Notes under the pieces: model-generated | Databases searched by the model: none | The model's input: only the letters and a program-made list of their open reading frames with translations | Told to the model about the DNA's origin: nothing | Shown here: positions 9,872 to 20,233 of the stretch, piece after piece | Layout: each line of letters begins with the position of its first letter | Position numbering within the stretch: position 1 is the stretch's first letter | Made by a program: the position numbers and the translations under genes | From: a virus | Reading direction: 5' to 3' (one strand) | IMG/VR virus record: IMGVR_UViG_3300021376_000007 | Length of the DNA stretch: 64,000 bases

Positions 9872-9947
9872 TGGTGGGTCCTGTGGGGCTCGAACCCACG
9901 ACCAATAGATTAAAAGTCTACTGCTCTACCAACTGAGCTAAAGACCC
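9872..9947 (-). tRNA. tRNA-Lys(TTT)
   Basis: GGGTCTTTAGCTCAGTTGGTAGAGCAGTAGACTTTTAATCTA...GGTTCGAGCCC...GACCCACCA, encoded CCA. Confidence 0.95.
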
Positions 9948-10030
9948 AACGAATCATTTGTAAATACTGATAATAGCATACACTAGCAAAGATATTAAAA
10001 TCAAATTTCCTATAGGGTTAAAATAATTCA

Positions 10031-10249
10031 TTATTCTTGACCATAGTTTTCATAATGCTTGTGGGGATATGAAGAATAATTTTTATTTAAGGACCAGTCA
10101 TTCCTTGTTTTTTCCAAATACTCAATCGCCATACGAGTAGATTTAAAGTGTTCTTGCACTTTGCGATCAATGTGATCAAGATACTTTGAAGTGCCAAGAA
10201 GAAGTACAAAAGAGACGAGTAACATTGTTGCAATAACAAACCAAACCAT
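10031..10249 (-). CDS. small membrane-anchored protein
   Basis: N-terminal hydrophobic helix. Confidence 0.55.
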   Translation of the reverse strand: MVWFVIATMLLVSFVLLLGTSKYLDHIDRKVQEHFKSTRMAIEYLEKTRNDWSLNKNYSSYPHKHYENYGQE

Positions 10250-10279
10250 AATAATTACTTTCTAAAAAATGGAACTATA

Positions 10280-10582
10280 TTATTTATTATTAATTTTTCG
10301 CGTTCTTACTCTGAAACGAGGTGGATAATAACCATTAGAAAGTCTTTGATTTTCTGTTTCCGCTCCCCAAATTCCATATTCTCTATGTCTTCGAGCATAG
10401 TCTCGACATTCATGGATATTGGGACAGGAAAAGCATATGGTTTTAGCTTTACGTTCTCTAAGACGCTTTTCTTTAATATTTTCGTTTTGATTTCCAAAAA
10501 ACAAATCAGTCTTCCCTTTGCAGGGAGCAGATTCAAACCAATCAAGATTTTCAATCATGTAAAATTTTCCATTTATCAACAC
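10280..10582 (-). CDS. whiB: WhiB-family Fe-S transcription regulator
   Basis: W...APC...DLFF...AKTICFSCP...C..YA....YGIWG..TE..R; four conserved Cys plus G[IV]WG turn. Confidence 0.92.
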   Translation of the reverse strand: MLINGKFYMIENLDWFESAPCKGKTDLFFGNQNENIKEKRLRERKAKTICFSCPNIHECRDYARRHREYGIWGAETENQRLSNGYYPPRFRVRTRKINNK

Positions 10583-10766
10583 CCGGAATAAGACCTAACT
10601 TAGATCCATTATCCCAACTGACAAATACTGTACCAACATCATCTATATAATCTATTGTACCAAGATCACCATACTGAAGTTTGGTATATTCATCATCGGT
10701 GCTAATAAGTTGGATTCTTTTACCAAGCCAATGAAAAGATTCTTTTGCAATTTCAAATGCGTCCAT
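10551..10766 (-). CDS. DUF4314-like protein
   Basis: GKRIQL...DDEY..L..GDLGTI..IDD.GTVFVSWDNGS.LGL.PG.D pattern. Confidence 0.75.
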   Translation of the reverse strand: MDAFEIAKESFHWLGKRIQLISTDDEYTKLQYGDLGTIDYIDDVGTVFVSWDNGSKLGLIPGVDKWKILHD

Positions 10767-11073
10767 TGTTCATCCTTAAAAGTAACAGCTGTGACTTTTT
10801 TTTAGTATTTGCATTGACCGGATAATCGGTAAAATCTTGTGAGGTAAGTTTTCTGCCAATTCTTTTTTCTAAACAGATGATACAAAGCATTCCGTCGTAC
10901 GGACCAATACCGGTTTGAGACCACACATGGTTATGAACCATGTAATATTCACCTGATGTAACAGTGTTAATATTACAATCAAGACACATAACGTTAGGCA
11001 TTTCGTCATGCCAATGAAGTTCATTGAAATCGTGCATATTACCAAGCAAATACAAACAAATATGTGGTAACAA
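10753..11073 (-). CDS. small zinc-binding phage protein
   Basis: CLDC...EYYMV...VW...LCIICLEKRIGRKL. Confidence 0.65.
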   Translation of the reverse strand: MLPHICLYLLGNMHDFNELHWHDEMPNVMCLDCNINTVTSGEYYMVHNHVWSQTGIGPYDGMLCIICLEKRIGRKLTSQDFTDYPVNANTKKKSQLLLLRMNNGRI

Positions 11074-11275
11074 ATAAAATAATTAAAGTAAGAAGCTCTA
11101 GTCTGTACTGCATATACTTGCGTCCAGAATCAATACCTTTGCGGTATGTCTTTTGTGTTTTAGGATCAAACCATTTTGCTCCAGGCAATGAATTAAAATG
11201 GTAATCTTCAGTCCTAGAATAATTTTTTACAGCGTAATCAAAGCCAGTAAAAAACGCCCTAAATTTAAACAACAT
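11039..11275 (-). CDS. hypothetical membrane protein
   Basis: C-terminal hydrophobic helix. Confidence 0.55.
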   Translation of the reverse strand: MLFKFRAFFTGFDYAVKNYSRTEDYHFNSLPGAKWFDPKTQKTYRKGIDSGRKYMQYRLELLTLIILFVTTYLFVFAW

Positions 11276-11286
11276 AAATACCCATT

Positions 11287-11616
11287 CTACTCAAAAACAT
11301 CTGCTGTTGTTGCAGGCGCAACTGTCTTTGATGTTTTGCTTGGGTCATAATACATAACCTTAGCTTTAGCTATGTCGTACAAATTGAAAAGAGGATGATC
11401 AGAATGAGGAGACTCAATATCTTCTCCGTACTCTGCTCTATGTATGTACAAAATTCTTCCATCAGGAAAATGAAAATCTATACGATATCCATCTTCTGAC
11501 ATAAATGTTTCTAAGGCATCGTTTAAAGAAGGGTGTTGTTGAACACATCCATCATTTGAACGAGTGCCAAAAACAATATTTTGAAATAGATTGCTCATTA
11601 TCTTGGTCCTTATCAT
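11287..11616 (-). CDS. hypothetical protein
   Basis: ORF on the coding strand downstream of tRNA-Leu. Confidence 0.65.
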   Translation of the reverse strand: MIRTKIMSNLFQNIVFGTRSNDGCVQQHPSLNDALETFMSEDGYRIDFHFPDGRILYIHRAEYGEDIESPHSDHPLFNLYDIAKAKVMYYDPSKTSKTVAPATTADVFE

Positions 11617-11629
11617 AAATTTATTTGAG

Positions 11630-11715
11630 TACCCGAGGCCGGACTCGAACCGGCACGCCCGATTAAAGGCGAAAGATTTTAAGTCTCTTGCGTCTGCCTA
11701 TTCCGCCACTCGGGC
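11630..11715 (-). tRNA. tRNA-Leu(TAA)
   Basis: GCCCGAGTGGCGGAATAGGCAGACGCAAGAGACTTAAAATCTTT...long variable arm...GGTTCGAGTCC..CTCGGGTA. Confidence 0.95.
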
Positions 11716-11863
11716 AAGAGACATGAATTATTCTTTTGCGTCTTCAATCATTTTTGATTTCAGACAATCAATACAAAGAAGATTTCTAAATTTAAAAGAC
11801 ATTTCAACTTCTTTGGATTTGATCTTACAAATAGAACAAATTTTAGTGATCGAATTGTACCTT

Positions 11864-12115
11864 TTAAGAATTGGATTCTTGAATGTCACGAGACTCTGTT
11901 TCAGTTATGCCGGGATTGGTAAGAAAATTATACATTGTTTCGTAATAAGATTCAATTAGTTTAGCATCTTCTCTTGTTATAACTTTACCATTTGCTGCGT
12001 CAATCATAACATTTTCTTCAGCAAGAATTTGTAAAGTAAAAGAAATAACATTTCTTGTTATCTCAATGATATTGAGATCGTCAGATGATGAGGTAAGCAT
12101 CATTGCGGTAGTCAT
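11864..12115 (-). CDS. hypothetical protein
   Basis: AGGAG RBS, 83 aa. Confidence 0.6.
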   Translation of the reverse strand: MTTAMMLTSSSDDLNIIEITRNVISFTLQILAEENVMIDAANGKVITREDAKLIESYYETMYNFLTNPGITETESRDIQESNS

Positions 12116-12131
12116 TGGGATTTTCTCCTAA

Positions 12132-12452
12132 TTATAAATTTGCATGTACGTAGCAAATTCTTTCTAATATATTTGGATCTAATTTATTATCATTTGATAT
12201 CAGCAAAACTGGACCATACAAAACAGAATCTGGTTGATCATTTTTCAATGCACGATAAATTAAAGTTGCAGTGTGGTTTATTATGCTTTCATAAGAATAA
12301 TGTTCATATGAAAGAACAAAAGAGTAATCAGAAACAGACATAGTATAAACGTTCTGAGTTTGAAAAACATAATTCAAAATATTTTCATAAGTATCAGTAA
12401 GCACTGTTGGAAAAATATTTTTTTGATACGGAATATTTATACAAACTTTCAC
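12132..12452 (-). CDS. hypothetical protein
   Basis: 106-aa ORF on the coding strand. Confidence 0.55.
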   Translation of the reverse strand: MKVCINIPYQKNIFPTVLTDTYENILNYVFQTQNVYTMSVSDYSFVLSYEHYSYESIINHTATLIYRALKNDQPDSVLYGPVLLISNDNKLDPNILERICYVHANL

Positions 12453-12466
12453 AAAGAAATTTCTCT

Positions 12467-13990
12467 TTATTTTGCATTTTTTCTCTTATTTATATTAACA
12501 GAAAAAGGTCTGGGAGAATTTGGATTAACAGGAGTAGTATAAACTGATCTAGTAGAAACAATTTTCCCATTATAACCATGAGTATTCATCTTGCAATAAG
12601 AAATAAGAGATGGAGAAATCTTAATATTAAAAGAATTCCAACCATATCTTGATGTTCTTGGAACAACAAAATTATAATTGGCAGAATCGTTGCAAATTAT
12701 TGAATAATGAGAAATATTTGCATAACCTCTATAAGGATCTCTGTAATAAGCTTTAATAAAAGTTTTCCAAGAAGCATCTAGTTCATGAAGAACAGGCGCA
12801 AAAACAGCGCCATAAGAAGGTGGTCTAGGAATCGTGGTGGTGGTAGAAGTTGTAGAAGTAGAAGTGGTTGAAGTAGAAGTGGTGGAAGTGGTGGTGGTGG
12901 TCACAACTACAGGTAGTGTGGTTGTAGTTGTGGTAGAAGATGTAGTGGTTGTGGTGGAAGTTGTGGGAATGGGTATTACAGTATCGAACAAATGTGCAAA
13001 ATGAAGATATGGAATTTTGATACCAGTATAGGAATCGGTAGCGGTGCGAGTAGTCATCTTAAAATCAGAAACTACTCTGTCAACAGACTGAACTCCAAAT
13101 TTTGACCTGTAAACAGCAAAAGCTCCAGCAATATGGGGAGCTGCCATTGAAGTTCCAGATGAAGACCTATAAGAAGATTGTGTAGTGGAAGATGCAACAT
13201 TGTGACCAGGTGCAGCAAAAGTAGTAAATTTGCTGATATTTGAAAAATTGGCAACATTGGGAGAATTAACATACATAGCTGCAACAGAAACTGTGTGCGA
13301 AATACAAGCAGGCGAACTCATCCCGTGAGCATAGCTGTTGCCTGAAGAAACAACAGTTGCAATATTCAAATCTTTCAAGTTTTTAATTGCAGTTGTCAAT
13401 TCAGGAATGTAGTTATCGCAAGTAGTAGAAAAAACAGAAGAACTTCCCAAAGACATATTTACAGAAGCAATGTTGTACTGAGAAGAAATACTACTGACCC
13501 AATTGAGAGCACTAATAATATTGCTGTCATATGATGAGCCAGTTGAATCAAAGACATTAACAGCAATAATATTGGCCTGTGGAGCAATTCCTCTCATGGA
13601 AGAAGAACTGCCAGCAGCAATCCCGGCAACATGGGTACCATGCCAATGCACCGGAGCTGCTGCACCAGGGCCAATCATGGATGTTTGATTATTGGGACAT
13701 TTCAAAGAAAAGCACGCTTCTAAAACGACTCTGTCTTGAAAAAAGGGATGATCTTTCTGTACACCGCTGTCAATAATTACAATATGAGAATTTTGGCCTT
13801 TGTAACCTAAATCATAAGGAATGTTTGCAGCAACAAAAGGTATCGATTTCGTAAGATTAAAAGTAAAACGAACTGGAGAAGTAGCAGAAGCTACGTCAAC
13901 AATTCGTTTTTGGGCACTTGCTGGTGCCTTGACAAAAAAAGTAGAGAACAAAAATAATGTGAAAATAATTCTTTTAAGTTTGTAGGACAT
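12467..13990 (-). CDS. secreted S8 subtilisin-like serine protease with Thr-rich linker
   Basis: signal peptide; IIDSG, HGTHVAG, SSGN, GTSMAAPH catalytic motifs; poly-Thr/Ser tract about 12830-12965. Confidence 0.93.
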   Translation of the reverse strand: MSYKLKRIIFTLFLFSTFFVKAPASAQKRIVDVASATSPVRFTFNLTKSIPFVAANIPYDLGYKGQNSHIVIIDSGVQKDHPFFQDRVVLEACFSLKCPNNQTSMIGPGAAAPVHWHGTHVAGIAAGSSSSMRGIAPQANIIAVNVFDSTGSSYDSNIISALNWVSSISSQYNIASVNMSLGSSSVFSTTCDNYIPELTTAIKNLKDLNIATVVSSGNSYAHGMSSPACISHTVSVAAMYVNSPNVANFSNISKFTTFAAPGHNVASSTTQSSYRSSSGTSMAAPHIAGAFAVYRSKFGVQSVDRVVSDFKMTTRTATDSYTGIKIPYLHFAHLFDTVIPIPTTSTTTTTSSTTTTTTLPVVVTTTTTSTTSTSTTSTSTTSTTTTIPRPPSYGAVFAPVLHELDASWKTFIKAYYRDPYRGYANISHYSIICNDSANYNFVVPRTSRYGWNSFNIKISPSLISYCKMNTHGYNGKIVSTRSVYTTPVNPNSPRPFSVNINKRKNAK

Positions 13991-14441
13991 TGTATCTCCA
14001 TTGAATATCAGATATATAAAAAGATTCAGGATCAGAGTAGTCTGTTGTATAGACTACTCTGTAAATCCTGTTCTTTTGTATTTGCTGCATGCACCAAGAG
14101 CACGGACGCGCAATGGCAGTAGTGCCATCGAGCTTCAATCTGGCAACATACAAAGTGGAATCGGATGGATCAGAACAACCTTTCATGGCACCTATTTCAG
14201 CATGGGTACTGAAACGATTGGGCGGAGTTGTGGGATGTTTCTTTGTGACATTTATGTCAGTAGCAAGAACTGATCCAGCTCTGACGGCAATGCACGCCAT
14301 TTTGAACCTGTTGTCAGAAGTTTGAGCTAACTTGGCAGCAGCAGCAAGAAAGCTTTTGTCCCTAGTTGATACAGGAGTAGGATGATAGATGTAAGCATCA
14401 TAGGGATAAAAAACAAAACTTTGAGTTGATAAGAGTGTCAT
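13974..14441 (-). CDS. cytidine/dCMP deaminase-family protein
   Basis: HAE ... ARPCSWC zinc motif. Confidence 0.85.
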   Translation of the reverse strand: MTLLSTQSFVFYPYDAYIYHPTPVSTRDKSFLAAAAKLAQTSDNRFKMACIAVRAGSVLATDINVTKKHPTTPPNRFSTHAEIGAMKGCSDPSDSTLYVARLKLDGTTAIARPCSWCMQQIQKNRIYRVVYTTDYSDPESFYISDIQWRYNVLQT

Positions 14442-14450
14442 AAATTAAAA

Positions 14451-16136
14451 CTAAAATCTCTTTTTGTTATTATCAATTTTATTTTGAAGCCATTTGGGTT
14501 TCGGATTGTTTTCATAGTGACGAGATATGATTTGACTGGCCATACCCTTGGTCATATCAGCAGTGATGGGAACAGCAATTCTTCGAAGAAGTCTCTTCTG
14601 GGCATCTGTGGGAAGATCAGATCTCCAAGCAGATGAAGAATCAAGAAGCGCCACAGAAGCTGATCTGTTGGTCTGAACCCATTTGTCAGAACGGACAAAG
14701 GCTTCTCTCATTTCATCAACAACACCAAGAAGTCTCGTTGTTTTCTGATGATTGTCATGAAGAGTTATGTTCCATCTTCCAAGAGTGTCACATTTGATGC
14801 GCATTGATTCGTTGTTGTTCAAACCAAGATGAAATTCATCTTCTGCAATTTCGGCCCACACAAGTTTGGAATATTGTTGGACAACAACATTGGGCGGTGG
14901 TGGCATGAACAAATCGATGCGCTTGTAGGCGAGTTCGATGTCCTCAGGAGTGAGAACACGAACAGCTTCTCCGGGACAATAGTTCTCAAGTTCTTCAAAT
15001 TTTTCGGCAACATCAGTCAAAGACTGGCCCTGCAAATCGAAATCTGGAGGAAGACCGAGAAGAGTCGGAAGACCTATGGGCTTTTTTCCCTTGGTGGTAT
15101 CAGATATATCTATCACAATGCAATGCTTTTTGCCGTCGTGCAAACGAGTGCCTCGCCCGACAATCTGAGTGTAAAGAAGAGCACTGCGTGTGGGTTTGGC
15201 CAAGATGATTGCTTCAATGGATGGTTCATCATAACCTTCGGTCAGAACACCGACATTGATTATCACCTTGGTCAAACCTGAAGAAAAATTCTGAAAGATT
15301 TTTTCCCTTTGATCCTGGGGCGTCGTGCCCAAAATAACTTCTGCGTTTATGGACGCTTGGCTAAAGGATAAGGCCAAGTTTTGGGCGTGTCGTACGCCGG
15401 ATGCGAATACAAGGGCTTTCTTAGAAAAAGCCAGATTAGTATAGGCAGCGACGACAGTAGCGTTGCGGCCAGGATTATCCACGACACTTTCGAGTTTGTT
15501 TTGGGCATAATCGCCATTTTGCATCTCCACTTCTGATATATCTGTGTCAGTCTTAATTCTATATCCGACAAGAGGACAAAGCCACTTGTCTTTTATTAAA
15601 TCTTGTATTGTTTTATAATATACAATTTCGTCGAAAACATCAATTAATCTTGTTGAATCTGATCGCTGAGGAGTAGCTGTTACTCCCAGCAAAAAGTTAG
15701 TTTTAAAATTATCGATAATTCTACGATAAGAAGGAGCAGCTGCGTGGTGCGCTTCGTCTATGACTATAGATCTAAAATAGTCTTGCGGATAAGCCATAAT
15801 ACGAGGGGTGTTATTACGGCCCAAAGTGGCAACGGAAGCCACCACCACGTCGACATAACCTGCCTTACGCTCTGCTTGCTCTATTTCTACAGTAAGATTG
15901 GGATTAGAAGCCATAATTTTATTCCTGGCTTGATCCAACAACTCTGCTCTGTGTGCAAGAACGAGCATGGGTAAAAAGGAAGAATTGATCTTCGGAATAT
16001 GTGAAAATATGACTGTCTTACCTGCGCCTGTAGGCAATACAACCAATTGTTTTGTTATGCCTCGGTCATAGTGGCTGTTGATAGAATCAATAGCTTCTTG
16101 TTGATATGGACGCAAAATATAAGTCATATTCATCAA
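14451..16136 (-). CDS. SF2 DEAD/DEAH-box helicase
   Basis: LRPYQ, PTGAGKT, DEAHH, TAT, LTEGYD, QIVGRGTR. Confidence 0.95.
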   Translation of the reverse strand: MMNMTYILRPYQQEAIDSINSHYDRGITKQLVVLPTGAGKTVIFSHIPKINSSFLPMLVLAHRAELLDQARNKIMASNPNLTVEIEQAERKAGYVDVVVASVATLGRNNTPRIMAYPQDYFRSIVIDEAHHAAAPSYRRIIDNFKTNFLLGVTATPQRSDSTRLIDVFDEIVYYKTIQDLIKDKWLCPLVGYRIKTDTDISEVEMQNGDYAQNKLESVVDNPGRNATVVAAYTNLAFSKKALVFASGVRHAQNLALSFSQASINAEVILGTTPQDQREKIFQNFSSGLTKVIINVGVLTEGYDEPSIEAIILAKPTRSALLYTQIVGRGTRLHDGKKHCIVIDISDTTKGKKPIGLPTLLGLPPDFDLQGQSLTDVAEKFEELENYCPGEAVRVLTPEDIELAYKRIDLFMPPPPNVVVQQYSKLVWAEIAEDEFHLGLNNNESMRIKCDTLGRWNITLHDNHQKTTRLLGVVDEMREAFVRSDKWVQTNRSASVALLDSSSAWRSDLPTDAQKRLLRRIAVPITADMTKGMASQIISRHYENNPKPKWLQNKIDNNKKRF

Positions 16137-16336
16137 AACCCAAAAAGATCTATTTCTCCAAAGAATGGCTCAAAAGTACTTTTTTTATCAATATCTTCAT
16201 AATTAAAATATGTTATTTTACCACAAACTATGGTGTTTGACTCTTTAAAACAAAAAATAATATCACCATTATCGTCTTGTTGTAAGGGAATAAAATCATC
16301 GCTTTCTTGTTTCGGAGATTCCAAAATCGGATTCAT
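16133..16336 (-). CDS. hypothetical protein
   Basis: 67-aa ORF overlapping the helicase start. Confidence 0.55.
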   Translation of the reverse strand: MNPILESPKQESDDFIPLQQDDNGDIIFCFKESNTIVCGKITYFNYEDIDKKSTFEPFFGEIDLFGF

Positions 16337-16341
16337 ATAAA

Positions 16342-17004
16342 TTAGTCTTTCAATATTACTTTATTCTTAATTGTGTTTATATTTTCTTTATTGATAATTT
16401 CATACGTGACACCATTTTCGTCATAGTACGAAAGAAGTTCATCGATTGTAAATGGACCTGTGTTGTCAACATGAGAAAATATAAAGAACAATTCAATCAT
16501 GTCGCCAGAAGCTGATGAGTTTTCTTCATTGTTTTTGTCGACAGAAACAAGAACAGATTCATCATAAAGATAGGTCAAAGTATTGTCAGAATCATAGGTG
16601 TAAGGTAGAGTGTATATGTAGCAAAACTCAGAAGAAACAAAAGAGATGTTAACAGCATCGTTTGTTTTTTCTCCTGTTTGTGGATCTCTTATATTCGTGT
16701 CTGCGACAACAATATAAAGAGAAGAGTTGATTGCAATGGGAAAATAGAGAATTTCAGACAAAGCTTGATAAAGATCTTCTTTACCGTCAAAAGACCTAAC
16801 AGTAAAAATACCAACTATATCTTTTGCAGCGTTGAAAACAACACAAGTAGGAAGAAAACTATCGGGACCGTTTGATTTAATATAACCAGAAAAAAAATTG
16901 GTTATTTTAATTACTTCTGACCAGGCATCAGGAAGAATATCTTGTGTATTTTCATTAAAATTTTCAGGAGATTGAAATTCAAGTAAAAAAGATTTGTCAG
17001 ACAT
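16342..17004 (-). CDS. hypothetical protein
   Basis: 220-aa ORF with AAAGG RBS. Confidence 0.7.
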   Translation of the reverse strand: MSDKSFLLEFQSPENFNENTQDILPDAWSEVIKITNFFSGYIKSNGPDSFLPTCVVFNAAKDIVGIFTVRSFDGKEDLYQALSEILYFPIAINSSLYIVVADTNIRDPQTGEKTNDAVNISFVSSEFCYIYTLPYTYDSDNTLTYLYDESVLVSVDKNNEENSSASGDMIELFFIFSHVDNTGPFTIDELLSYYDENGVTYEIINKENINTIKNKVILKD

Positions 17005-17022
17005 AAATACCTTTAAATAGAG

Positions 17023-17064
17023 AGGCGGTGCCCAGAAAACAAATATTCTCTGGACACCGCCTTT
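17023..17064 (-). terminator. intrinsic terminator-like hairpin after the 853-aa polymerase gene
   Basis: AGGCGGTGCCCAGA...TCTGGACACCGCCT inverted repeat. Confidence 0.6.
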
Positions 17065-17090
17065 TGTACAAACGAAATCACAAATTAATA

Positions 17091-19652
17091 TTAAAATTCA
17101 TGATTAATGAGTTTGGTAACTTTTGGTTTCTCTTTGACATTTGTGAACACAATCGGAGAGTAGTTGGCATGAAATGCCTGATAGTCAACTCGATTGTCAA
17201 ACACATGAGTCTTACCGTCAGGATCAGTGTAGGTCCACTGATCATAACAGGTGGAAACAGGGGTGTACTTGCCGTTGGCAAAAGTCATGGCGACACGGTT
17301 GCCGATACCATAATGAATGAGAGCTTTTTCAAGGTACGGATAAACGACTCGGTTCATGACAATTTGATCGGAGTAACTGCCGTTTCCAGTGGGGATGAGT
17401 ATGCTTGCAGCATAAAGAGAAATCACAAAGTCGTGTTGATCTTCAATTCGCTCATAAGAAAGAATCTTTTCAACAATGTTGTTGTAAAGAGAATCCCACT
17501 TATCTCGCTTGATTGCACCAACAGAGTAAACAGAATCATCAGCGTTGGCATTGTAGATGCCCATGCGGAATTGGCGAAGAACCGGAATTGCATGGTAATA
17601 CAAACGTTCAGAAATCTGTCGTACAGAATCGGAGAGTTCAATGTCTTCTTGTGCATACTTGTTGACGCGTTGAACATAGGCGTTGAAGTAGGACACGCAA
17701 AGACTGTTGAGATGAGTCAGAGTTCCTTCGTAGGTTTCAACTTCGGGATACTTCTTGGCAAGTGATTGAAAACGACCAGTCCAAAGATCTCGATCAATAG
17801 CTTTACCGGAATCGAGAACTTCTTGAATGATGGATTCTGCTTCAGCGTCAATTGCTTCGCGATCACGCCCATCAGATGTTTGAGTGCAGCCGTCAATTGC
17901 TGACTCCATAGAACAAACTTGAACGGGACGATGCTTGCGAATAACAGAAGAATGAAGCATGGATGCGTTGACATAGCGACCGACGTTACCGCCGCCCATT
18001 GCAATGTCAACATCGTGCATCACATCTTCAACTGAATAGTTTTCACCAACTTGACGCGGAGGCTTTGGATCGTACTCGCTGGGAAGGCCGACATAACGAA
18101 CTTCGTTGAGACGAATAGCTTGAGAAAGACGCTTTGGCCATCCACGAGAATTGACAGAAGGAAAAGTTACCTTCGTACCGTCGGACTTCTTCCAAGTCGG
18201 ATACCATTGACCTTCAACATAATTGAAAATTGAATACTCGCCATAACCGTTTGGTGAACGAGCGACAATTACAACTTTCTTTCCGTCTTGATTTCCGCCT
18301 TCCATCTTGCGATAGAACAGCTTGAAAAAGTCGTCTTGGTCGTGACCGCCATGAGACTCGTACATCTCGAGCCAATCAAAGTCGTTCACGACATGAACGC
18401 CAAGATCGTTGATTCTGTGAATATCGCCTTCTTCAACCTGTATGTCGTATCCTGCCATCTTGGCAAGAGACTCTGGAATGACTTGCTCATAAACGCTGCA
18501 CGGAATCGGAATACGATTCTCAAGAGGCATTGCATGAGAAATAGCCAAAGTCTTGAAAAGCCAAGGAGAGTTAGTGATAGAAAGACCCATGCTCACCCAG
18601 CGGTGACCCACGTAGTTGAGTCGAGCTTGGGCTTCAAGGTCTTCTGTTTCACGATTTTCTCGAGAAAACTGACGAACGAAAATTGAACTCCAATTGGCAA
18701 GCAACTTGCCGTTGATTGCGTCCTGAAACATCTTTTCGTATTCTTCCTTGAGCCACATTTCCATGTCAGACTTGCGAAACAACTTGGGAAGGTTGATCAC
18801 AGTCTGATCGTCGGTGATGACACGAGACTTGGGACCTTGGGGCTCGGCAAGAAAACGATAACCATTGGAGTAGGTGATCTCTTTCTTGAGATTGGTACGG
18901 GAAGATACCACGTCAATATCAAGAGGAAGATTATCAGAAACAAAGACATTGCCCTTGAGAAGACCTTCAGAAGTAAACAATCGAGCATTGAAAACTTTAG
19001 AAGATGAAAGGTAACGAAGAAGCTTTTGACGAAATTCTGGATCGTAATATATATCACTGTTGTCCAAAGACTGACCCTCTTGATGATAAACAGGGAAATT
19101 GTCAAGTGCTTGTTGGATCAACCGAGAAGATATGACGAAACCACCGTCCAAAAGACGCTCAAGAGTGGAAGGGTCCTTGACCCAATCTGCCCATCCACCA
19201 TTGACAAAATCGTAACGAGTGTAGTCAGTGGGTTCAACCCACTTGATGTTGAGATGGTCAAAATGGGCATTGATCAAAGATGCGCGATGAAATGACTTTG
19301 CACGCTTGGAAGTCTTGCCTCCACCTTTGACCGTGTAACCAGCTTGATTGAGTGCAGACATCCAGCCAGTTTGTCCCTTGATGGTGCAAGCAACAACCTT
19401 GCGCTTGTCTACCAATGCATACTGGATGGAAGGATGAGTGATGATGTCGTAAAGCTTTTGACGGTCGTAAACATCCCCAGGAATGGGCATCATGGCAATT
19501 CGAAACTCATCGGAATCTTCGGAAAGATCCATGAGTTCGCGCATGACACCGATGTCGTAAAAGCCAATTTGATAACCCTCTCCGGAACGAAGAGGAGCAT
19601 TTTTGAAAGCTTTCATGCGGACTTTTGGTTGATATGTGTTGAAATAGTTCAT
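17091..19652 (-). CDS. single-chain two-barrel RNA polymerase (cellular RdRP/YonO-like), paralog B
   Basis: LLDGGFVIS, FNARL..GLLKG, HGGHDQDDFF, VARSPNGYGE, GNVGRYVN, MESAIDG: counterparts of RdRP-family motifs DG.G.IS, Q.R..G.KG, GG.D.DGD, NP, LG.I.N, S.AVD. Confidence 0.75.
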   Translation of the reverse strand: MNYFNTYQPKVRMKAFKNAPLRSGEGYQIGFYDIGVMRELMDLSEDSDEFRIAMMPIPGDVYDRQKLYDIITHPSIQYALVDKRKVVACTIKGQTGWMSALNQAGYTVKGGGKTSKRAKSFHRASLINAHFDHLNIKWVEPTDYTRYDFVNGGWADWVKDPSTLERLLDGGFVISSRLIQQALDNFPVYHQEGQSLDNSDIYYDPEFRQKLLRYLSSSKVFNARLFTSEGLLKGNVFVSDNLPLDIDVVSSRTNLKKEITYSNGYRFLAEPQGPKSRVITDDQTVINLPKLFRKSDMEMWLKEEYEKMFQDAINGKLLANWSSIFVRQFSRENRETEDLEAQARLNYVGHRWVSMGLSITNSPWLFKTLAISHAMPLENRIPIPCSVYEQVIPESLAKMAGYDIQVEEGDIHRINDLGVHVVNDFDWLEMYESHGGHDQDDFFKLFYRKMEGGNQDGKKVVIVARSPNGYGEYSIFNYVEGQWYPTWKKSDGTKVTFPSVNSRGWPKRLSQAIRLNEVRYVGLPSEYDPKPPRQVGENYSVEDVMHDVDIAMGGGNVGRYVNASMLHSSVIRKHRPVQVCSMESAIDGCTQTSDGRDREAIDAEAESIIQEVLDSGKAIDRDLWTGRFQSLAKKYPEVETYEGTLTHLNSLCVSYFNAYVQRVNKYAQEDIELSDSVRQISERLYYHAIPVLRQFRMGIYNANADDSVYSVGAIKRDKWDSLYNNIVEKILSYERIEDQHDFVISLYAASILIPTGNGSYSDQIVMNRVVYPYLEKALIHYGIGNRVAMTFANGKYTPVSTCYDQWTYTDPDGKTHVFDNRVDYQAFHANYSPIVFTNVKEKPKVTKLINHEF

Positions 19653-19751
19653 AATCCCTCCTTAAGAGATTTTATTGCCTTTCTTTTCTGAATATACTAT
19701 TGCCTTATCAAAAAACAAAGTTATTCATTTATTGTTTTGATATCGTGGTGA

Positions 19752-20198
19752 TTAACCAAAAAGAATTTCAAGAGATTCTTCTACAGTCCAAGAATCTTCT
19801 TTCGAAGCTTTGGACGATTTCTTTGAGCGAAGAGAATGCTTTTGGCCAATTGCAAATTTGATGTTTTTGTTGTATCGTACGATTGCAATTTCTTGAGTGT
19901 CACTGACATCTACTTCAAGAACTTGAAGAGCATCAGGAAGCTTGCCCTCAAAAAGAATTTTTGGGTTTGGAACACCAAGAATTGCAATTGCCCAGTGCGT
20001 TGTCTTTGCGGGAACAGCAATTCCAAACTTACTGGCTACTACGCCGTAGAAATCAAGAATGTTTCTGTCCTTGTCCTGAGCACGGACAATTGGTTTGCAG
20101 TATGTGACTTTCTTGTCGTAATTGAACAGCTCATCAGGAGCCGAGTACAAGACAAGGTAGCAGTTGCGCCATTCGGCAGGGTAACTGGGATATGTCAT
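19752..20198 (-). CDS. hypothetical protein
   Basis: 148-aa ORF between the IS110-like and polymerase genes. Confidence 0.7.
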   Translation of the reverse strand: MTYPSYPAEWRNCYLVLYSAPDELFNYDKKVTYCKPIVRAQDKDRNILDFYGVVASKFGIAVPAKTTHWAIAILGVPNPKILFEGKLPDALQVLEVDVSDTQEIAIVRYNKNIKFAIGQKHSLRSKKSSKASKEDSWTVEESLEILFG

Positions 20199-20233
20199 AA
20201 TAATATTCCTGTTATGATTGTGTGTTTACAGTC

